DNA of 39,407 nt, taken from Candidatus Gribaldobacteria bacterium (lineage in GTDB: Bacteria; Patescibacteriota; Minisyncoccia; Minisyncoccales; CG1-02-41-26). Below are positions 34,266-39,407 of this stretch, piece by piece. Below the pieces are notes generated by a model. It made no database searches. It saw only the letters and a program-made list of their open reading frames with translations, and had not been told where the DNA came from. Numbering within the stretch: position 1 is the first letter of the stretch; each line of letters starts with the position of its first letter. The translations under genes were made by a program, and so were the position numbers. The DNA lies in assembly GCA_026396705.1 (NCBI GenBank), contig JAPLWE010000058.1, positions 1-39,407 on the forward strand. The letters are read 5' to 3'.

Positions 34266-34320
34266 GGCAGACCTCTTCTATACTGAAAAAACATTTATAA
34301 AAAGATGGTAGAGGTCTGCC
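34266..34320 (+). promoter_or_regulatory. 11-bp perfect hairpin in the 5' region of the ATP-grasp cluster
   Basis: GGCAGACCTCT, 33-nt A/T-rich loop, AGAGGTCTGCC, ending 9 nt before ATG 34330. The 3' strand contains the only SD-like GAGG. Confidence 0.35.
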
Positions 34321-34329
34321 CCTCAATAT

Positions 34330-36762
34330 ATGAAAGGCAATGGTCACGATTTTAGTGGCAAAACAATTTTAATGGTTAATACTACTTCTTGGGGTTTTTC
34401 AGATAAGTTTATTTTTAAAACTTTGAAGAAAATGGGCTTGAGCATTGTTTGCTTAAATAAAGAAAAAAATTGGGCCGAGCCTTATGTTGATGAATGGATT
34501 ATTGCTGACAACACTAACCATGTGGAAGCTATTCAGGCGGTTAAAGATTTTATCTCGCAAAACCCTAGGAAGATTGACGGTGTTTTAACTTTTTTAGAAG
34601 ATGAAGTTTTACTTACTTCTAAAATCGTGGAAAAGTTTAATTTTCTTGGCACTCCTCATAGCGTCGCCAAGAAAGTGCGTAATAAGTATTTGTTTCGTCA
34701 GTTTTGCCGCGACAATAATTTGCCTGCTCCCCGCCATACTATTTTGTTGAAATCAGTCAAAAGTATTGGCGATCTACCAGAGGATTTTACTTTTCCAGCG
34801 GTCATTAAGCCAATTTTCGGTTGCGGCAGCGCTTATGTTATCAAAGTTAACAACAAAGAAGAGCTAGCCAACACCTTTAATTACATTAAAAAAAATATTG
34901 CCGCCGCTACGGCCGCTGAAGGATCTTTTTTTGACGGCTTAGATATTTTAGTAGAGGGGTATATTGATGGAGACGAAGTTGATGTTGATATTGTTTTGCA
35001 AAATGGCAAAATAAAATTTTATTCTATTTCTGATAATTACCAAACTAGGGAGCCATTTTTTGTGGAAACTGGCCAGGCCATTCCTACTAGTTTGTCGGTT
35101 AAAAATCAAGCTGATTTAATTGGCCTAGCTGAAGAAGTTTTAGAAAAGTTAGGCATACAAAATAGCATTGTTCATTTCGAGGCTAAGTCAACGCCAAACG
35201 GCCCAGTGCCCATTGAGTTAGGTTTGCGTATGGGCGGAGACGAAGTCCATTCGTTTGTTAAGGGGGCTTGGGGCGTAGATTTGGTAGAAAATGCCGCTAA
35301 AATTGCTTTGGGAGCCTATATACCAAAAATTCAAAAACCTGACGCGCCTAAAAAATATATTACTGGTGTTTATTTCTTGTCTAATTATTCTGGCGTTCTA
35401 ACTAAAATCAATGTTAATGAAGAAATCAGAACTAAAAAATATTTAGAAGAGTTGCATTTTTTCAAAAAAGTTGGCGAGCCAGTGCTGGCGCCGCCCGAGG
35501 GCTATGAATTTATGGGCTGGACAACTGTTTCGGGCTATAGTTTGCCTGACGCGCAAGAAAATCTTAAAGAGGCTTTGAAATTCATTGATTATGAAGTAGC
35601 TAAATTTACGCCTGATTCGTCAATTGGTCGCACTAGCCGTGAAAATAGTTTTTCACACGCTTCGTTAAATACCAAGTTGCTCATTCAGGCCGCTAAAATA
35701 GAAAAGATTAAGTTGGTGGCCGGAGATGACCAACGCGATTTACGAATAGGCATAGCCAGCAATCTTGAGGAAGATGAATCTGAAGGAAACGGCGAGTCAG
35801 TTATTCAGCCATCTTTGGCTAAAATAATTGAAAAGACTCTTAAGGAGCGCGGTTATCGCACTACTTTATTCGATTTTAATAACATAGAAAAAGTAATGAA
35901 AGAACTGAAAACAAAAGCAAAAAATGTTGACTTAATTTTTAACGCTTGTGAAAAAATTAATAATTCTATTCAATTAAAATCTCACGCTGCCGCTCTTTTG
36001 GATATTTTGCAGTTGCCCTATACCGGATCAAGCCCGTTTGCTTTGTCGCTGTGTCGCGATAAAATTCAATCTAAAAAATTATTGGCTTACCATGGCATTC
36101 CCACACCTAAATGGGATTATGTTTATACGGTAGATGAAGAAGTAGATGAAACCTTAAAATATCCTTTGATTGTTAAGCCCTCAAATATGGATGATTCTTT
36201 TGGCATTACCAATGAATCCGTGGTTACCAATAAAGAAGATTTACAGCGAGAAATTCGCAAGGTGGTTGAAGATTTACATTGTCCAGCTTTAATTGAAGAA
36301 TATATTGAGGGGGACGAGTATGATGTGCCTATTTTGGGTAATGATGAAGCCGACTTGCAGGTTTTGCCATTGTCTCGCGCTATTTTTAAGGATATGCCAT
36401 TGGGCAAATGGCATATTATTACCAATGAAATGAAGATATCTGCTCAATCGCTGGCTGAATGGGGTATAATTTTGCAGCGGCCTCCTAAAAATATTGATAA
36501 AAAATTAGAAACTTTAATCACGGAGATTGCTTTGGACACTTACAATATCTTGGAATGTCGCGATTATGGTCGAGTAGAAATAAGAGTGGGGCAAGACGGC
36601 AATCCTTATGTTTTAGAATTAAATGCCAATCCCCCATTGGTGCCTTCCTCGTCTATTTCTGACGTGGCTCAATTGGCTGGCTTAAGCTATGAAGAACTTT
36701 TAGAAAAAATAATCACTTTAGCAGTAAAGCGTTATCAACAAAATTCTTCACAATTAACTTAA
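34330..36762 (+). CDS. Fusion of two ATP-grasp ligase modules (L-amino-acid-ligase/carnosine-synthase-like N-terminal half, D-Ala-D-Ala-ligase-like C-terminal half)
   Basis: N-terminal half: FPAVIKP, EGYIDGDEVDVDIVL, SDNYQTREPFFVETGQAIP and ELGLRMGG. Acidic linker NLEEDESEGNGES. C-terminal half: YPLIVKPSNMDDSFGI, EEYIEGDEYDVPILG and VLELNANP. Confidence 0.7.
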   Translation: MKGNGHDFSGKTILMVNTTSWGFSDKFIFKTLKKMGLSIVCLNKEKNWAEPYVDEWIIADNTNHVEAIQAVKDFISQNPRKIDGVLTFLEDEVLLTSKIVEKFNFLGTPHSVAKKVRNKYLFRQFCRDNNLPAPRHTILLKSVKSIGDLPEDFTFPAVIKPIFGCGSAYVIKVNNKEELANTFNYIKKNIAAATAAEGSFFDGLDILVEGYIDGDEVDVDIVLQNGKIKFYSISDNYQTREPFFVETGQAIPTSLSVKNQADLIGLAEEVLEKLGIQNSIVHFEAKSTPNGPVPIELGLRMGGDEVHSFVKGAWGVDLVENAAKIALGAYIPKIQKPDAPKKYITGVYFLSNYSGVLTKINVNEEIRTKKYLEELHFFKKVGEPVLAPPEGYEFMGWTTVSGYSLPDAQENLKEALKFIDYEVAKFTPDSSIGRTSRENSFSHASLNTKLLIQAAKIEKIKLVAGDDQRDLRIGIASNLEEDESEGNGESVIQPSLAKIIEKTLKERGYRTTLFDFNNIEKVMKELKTKAKNVDLIFNACEKINNSIQLKSHAAALLDILQLPYTGSSPFALSLCRDKIQSKKLLAYHGIPTPKWDYVYTVDEEVDETLKYPLIVKPSNMDDSFGITNESVVTNKEDLQREIRKVVEDLHCPALIEEYIEGDEYDVPILGNDEADLQVLPLSRAIFKDMPLGKWHIITNEMKISAQSLAEWGIILQRPPKNIDKKLETLITEIALDTYNILECRDYGRVEIRVGQDGNPYVLELNANPPLVPSSSISDVAQLAGLSYEELLEKIITLAVKRYQQNSSQLT

Positions 36763-37703
36763 TGACATCATCTTATATAGAAACAGATATAAAAAAATGC
36801 GAATTGTTATGGGAAGAATTTAGCCCCAAACAATCGCTTTTTGATTTATGGAATTTTCGTTGGGCTTTTTATGTGGCTTATCAATATCAGCCGTATTTTA
36901 TTGTTTTGCAAGAAAATAGCCAAAATAGCGGGCTTTTGCCATTGTGGTATGAAAAAGAAAAAAACAAATATTTTTGGTTTGGCAGCTGGTGGCAAGAAGA
37001 TAATTATTTTTGGTTAAAAAATCCAGCCGACCTTCCGCATTTGCTTGCTTTGTGCCCTTTGCCCGCTTGCCTCAATGGCATTATTTTTGAAAAAATCGCT
37101 GATATTATCCCTGAACAAGAAAAAGATAATTTTCAGCCCGATGATCCAAAGTATATTTTAGAGTTAGACCAAGTTAGATCGTTTGAATATTATTTGGCTG
37201 GCCTGAAAAAAGAACGCCGAAAGGCCATTAAAAAAGATTTATTTTTAATAGAAAAACAAAATCCTGAAATTATTCTGGATAATTTTAATGATTTTGATGC
37301 TTTAGTGGCCTTAAGCAAGCAAAGATTTATTAACGAGAAAGAAGACAAAAATGATCCTTGGTATGACCCAGCCTTAAAAGATATCAGAAGAGTTGAGGCT
37401 TTGCGCAATATTATTAAATACCAAATGCCCCAACAGAACTATCAAGTTAAGATGATTACTGTCAAAATTAATCAAAAAATAGCTGGCGTTGATTTGGTGG
37501 CTATTTTTAATAATTGCTATTATGCCTTAGTGGGTGGTTATGACACAGAAAATTTTCCGGGTATTGGCAATTATTTAAATATGCTTAATATCAAGGGCGC
37601 CTTGGATCTTGGCTTAAAAAAAGTTGACGCCTTACAGAGTGATTGCGGTTGGAAACATCGTTGGTATCAAGAGAAACCGCTTTATTACTTTTCTAAGGAA
37701 TAG
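36762..37703 (+). CDS. CelD/BioF2-like (FemAB-like fold) GNAT-type transferase, putative
   Basis: 313 aa. The start overlaps the previous stop by 1 nt. The W-rich N-terminal half and C-terminal GVDLVAIFNNCYYALVGGYD...GNYLN resemble Acetyltransf_6/FemAB-like proteins. Assigned from memory only. Confidence 0.45.
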   Translation: MTSSYIETDIKKCELLWEEFSPKQSLFDLWNFRWAFYVAYQYQPYFIVLQENSQNSGLLPLWYEKEKNKYFWFGSWWQEDNYFWLKNPADLPHLLALCPLPACLNGIIFEKIADIIPEQEKDNFQPDDPKYILELDQVRSFEYYLAGLKKERRKAIKKDLFLIEKQNPEIILDNFNDFDALVALSKQRFINEKEDKNDPWYDPALKDIRRVEALRNIIKYQMPQQNYQVKMITVKINQKIAGVDLVAIFNNCYYALVGGYDTENFPGIGNYLNMLNIKGALDLGLKKVDALQSDCGWKHRWYQEKPLYYFSKE

Positions 37704-37704
37704 T

Positions 37705-39051
37705 ATGGCTACTAATAAAAAGATAAAGTTGGGAGTATTTTTAGATGATCTGGAGTTTATTTTATTTTCTCTCAAAAAAAATTTATTGCCAATAGAAATT
37801 GTCTATTTTGTTAATAAAACATCAAATGTTTTATCAATTTTACCTAAAGACGCAAAAATAGCTTATTATTCCTTTGAAAAAGGCTATGCTTTACAGGAGG
37901 GCGAGGATTTTCTTAAGGCAGTTGTTGCGCGCTCAAATTTCACTAAAATTGCCAAGGAGAAAAAAGTTTCTTGTTTTTGGCTTTCTCTTTGCCAGGAAAA
38001 TGTTGATTTTGTGAGTTTGTGGGCTCATAAAAATAATTTTTCTTTGATCGGTAGGCCTGATTTAATCAAAAAATTAGAAAATAAAATATTTTTTGATAGA
38101 TTTTTAGCTAAGCACAACATTAAAAAACCAAACAGCCAAGAGATATTTTACGAACAAGGAAAAAATATTGAATTTAAGCATCCTTTTGTTTTACAAGATC
38201 CTGTTTCATCGGGAGGAGAAGGAACTTTTTTTATTAAAAATAAAAACAGCTTAAAGCAACTCAATAAGTCTATTCTAAGAGATAAAGCCAAACTGCTTTT
38301 AAGGGAATTGGTTTACGGGACGCCTTGCGGGATAACTTTATTTATTGATAAGGATCGCGCCATAACTTCTTCTGTTAGAAGGCAATGTTTTGAGAATGCG
38401 GATAATTTGGCTAGAAGGGTTTTTCTGGGGGTTCAATTTTTGCCATATTCTCATTTTAATAAAAAAGAAACAGAGGAAATAAATAAAACATTTTTTCAAA
38501 TTAGTTCTATTTTTAGAGAAAATAAATGGTTTGGGTTATTTAATTTTGATTTTATAATTTCAAAAAAAGGAGAGATTTATTTAATTGAGTGCAATCCAAG
38601 GATTTCCGCTGCATCTTCTTTATTATTCTATTATCCAGAGCTTAATAATGGCTTTAATATTGCTGAAGTTTTTTTAGAAAGTTTATTTAAAGAAAAAGTT
38701 CAAAAAGAATCATTTATTTTTTATGGCCTAGGCAAAAATCAATTTCAAGGCTCAATTTTCTATCTTGATATTGAAGTTTCTGCTGGTAAAAGCATTAAAA
38801 TAAAAAAAGTTTTTAAGGAAGGAGTTTATGAACAAACAGATAGTAATATTTTGTTTTTATCTTATAACTTAAATAAAATAAGCTCGCCTAACAAGCGGTT
38901 TATTCTAAAAAATGAGGTTTGTGTTGGCGAAGTTTACAAGAAAGCCTTTACTACTAGCACCATTCTGTCCAACTATCCCCTCTTTGATTCTAAAGGCGCT
39001 CTTTCGCAAGCCGGAGAAATTATAAAAAAGAAATTTAATTATGTTGATTAA
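37705..39051 (+). CDS. ATP-grasp-fold ligase (third module)
   Basis: Start MATNKKIKLG (ATG 37705) lies 1 nt after the previous stop. FVLQDPVSSGGEGTFFI and FNFDFIISKKGEIYLIECNPRIS are ATP-grasp hallmarks. Confidence 0.6.
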   Translation: MATNKKIKLGVFLDDLEFILFSLKKNLLPIEIVYFVNKTSNVLSILPKDAKIAYYSFEKGYALQEGEDFLKAVVARSNFTKIAKEKKVSCFWLSLCQENVDFVSLWAHKNNFSLIGRPDLIKKLENKIFFDRFLAKHNIKKPNSQEIFYEQGKNIEFKHPFVLQDPVSSGGEGTFFIKNKNSLKQLNKSILRDKAKLLLRELVYGTPCGITLFIDKDRAITSSVRRQCFENADNLARRVFLGVQFLPYSHFNKKETEEINKTFFQISSIFRENKWFGLFNFDFIISKKGEIYLIECNPRISAASSLLFYYPELNNGFNIAEVFLESLFKEKVQKESFIFYGLGKNQFQGSIFYLDIEVSAGKSIKIKKVFKEGVYEQTDSNILFLSYNLNKISSPNKRFILKNEVCVGEVYKKAFTTSTILSNYPLFDSKGALSQAGEIIKKKFNYVD

Positions 39052-39407
39052 AGAAACCATCACGAAAAAAAAGTTGATAATGGATATGGTCGGCAAACAT
39101 AGTTCTCCATTTTTTATTTTTGACAAGAAACAGCTTTTTTTGAGTTTTAATCAGTTTGCTGATGCTTTTTCTATTATTTTGCCCAAAGAAAATATTTTTT
39201 ACGCTGTTAAATCAAATACCTATCTTCCTTTGGTTAAAGAGATTGTTAAACTTGGGGGCAGTTTAGATGTTTCAAGCGCGAGCGAGTTTGAGATGGCCTT
39301 GAAATGCGGGTCTAAAAAAATTCTTTTTTCTGGGACGGGTAAAACTTTAAATGATTTGAGTTTGGCTGTTTCAAACAGAGAAAAAGTTATTGTAAACATA
39401 GACAGCT
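39041..39407 (+). CDS. Fold-type III PLP-dependent decarboxylase (Orn/DAP/Arg decarboxylase family), N-terminal 122 codons, runs off the window
   Basis: Hand translation MLIKETITKKKL...SPFFIFDKKQL...FYAVKSNTYLPLVKEIVKLGGSLDVSSASEFEMAL. YAVKSN carries the PLP lysine. Overlaps the previous gene by 11 nt. Not in the ORF track. Confidence 0.7.
   Translation, partial: MLIKETITKKKLIMDMVGKHSSPFFIFDKKQLFLSFNQFADAFSIILPKENIFYAVKSNTYLPLVKEIVKLGGSLDVSSASEFEMALKCGSKKILFSGTGKTLNDLSLAVSNREKVIVNIDS

Noticed and set aside
1-39407. Alternative genetic code (UGA recoding, as in some CPR lineages)
   Set aside because: Long uninterrupted ORFs are obtained with the standard code. Several well-supported genes (murF, the ROK kinase, the GT3 synthase and the pyrH-like gene) end at TGA at the expected C-termini.

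Overview
This 39.4-kb window looks like part of a small, AT-rich bacterial chromosome. Compact aminoacyl-tRNA synthetases, an archaeal-type UMP kinase, GT3/GH57 glucan genes, scattered dcw genes and many 4-nt gene overlaps suggest a Patescibacteria/CPR-like organism. That placement is an inference. All homology calls are motif recognition by eye, with no searches run. The standard genetic code fits, since TGA is used as a stop. About 90% of genes are on the minus strand. In coordinate order they are ftsW(partial)-murD-mraY-dac, a receiver-domain protein, tyrS, argS, a pyrH-like gene, a sanA-like gene, a HAD-like gene, valS, murC, a six-gene alpha-glucan (glycogen) operon, tRNA-Lys(UUU), a CIRCE-controlled HNH-grpE-dnaK-dnaJ operon, ftsQ, a membrane-anchored murF, a hydrolase, serS, a RelE/antitoxin pair and lysS. 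The plus strand carries an FGGY-like kinase, corA and, at the 3' end, a four-gene ATP-grasp/GNAT/PLP-decarboxylase cluster. Main hunt results: (1) A family of ~165-nt GC-rich branched-palindrome intergenic elements has three full copies (18095..18260, 27746..27910, 30137..30304) and two solo-arm fragments. Two copies share a 117-nt identical core. The third is diverged and inverted but keeps every stem through compensatory changes and keeps two unpaired 7-mers. (2) A tightly packed cluster encodes three ATP-grasp ligase modules, a CelD/FemAB-like transferase and a PLP decarboxylase, and I cannot assign it to a known pathway. (3) The region upstream of tyrS is unusually structured, with an orphan promoter-hairpin-terminator unit followed by a 63-codon ORF packed with long hairpins and its own terminator. 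(4) A perfect 21-nt inverted repeat is translated in-frame inside murD. (5) The CIRCE-controlled chaperone operon begins with an HTH-HNH gene where hrcA normally sits. No CRISPR array, rRNA, integrase or transposase was seen.
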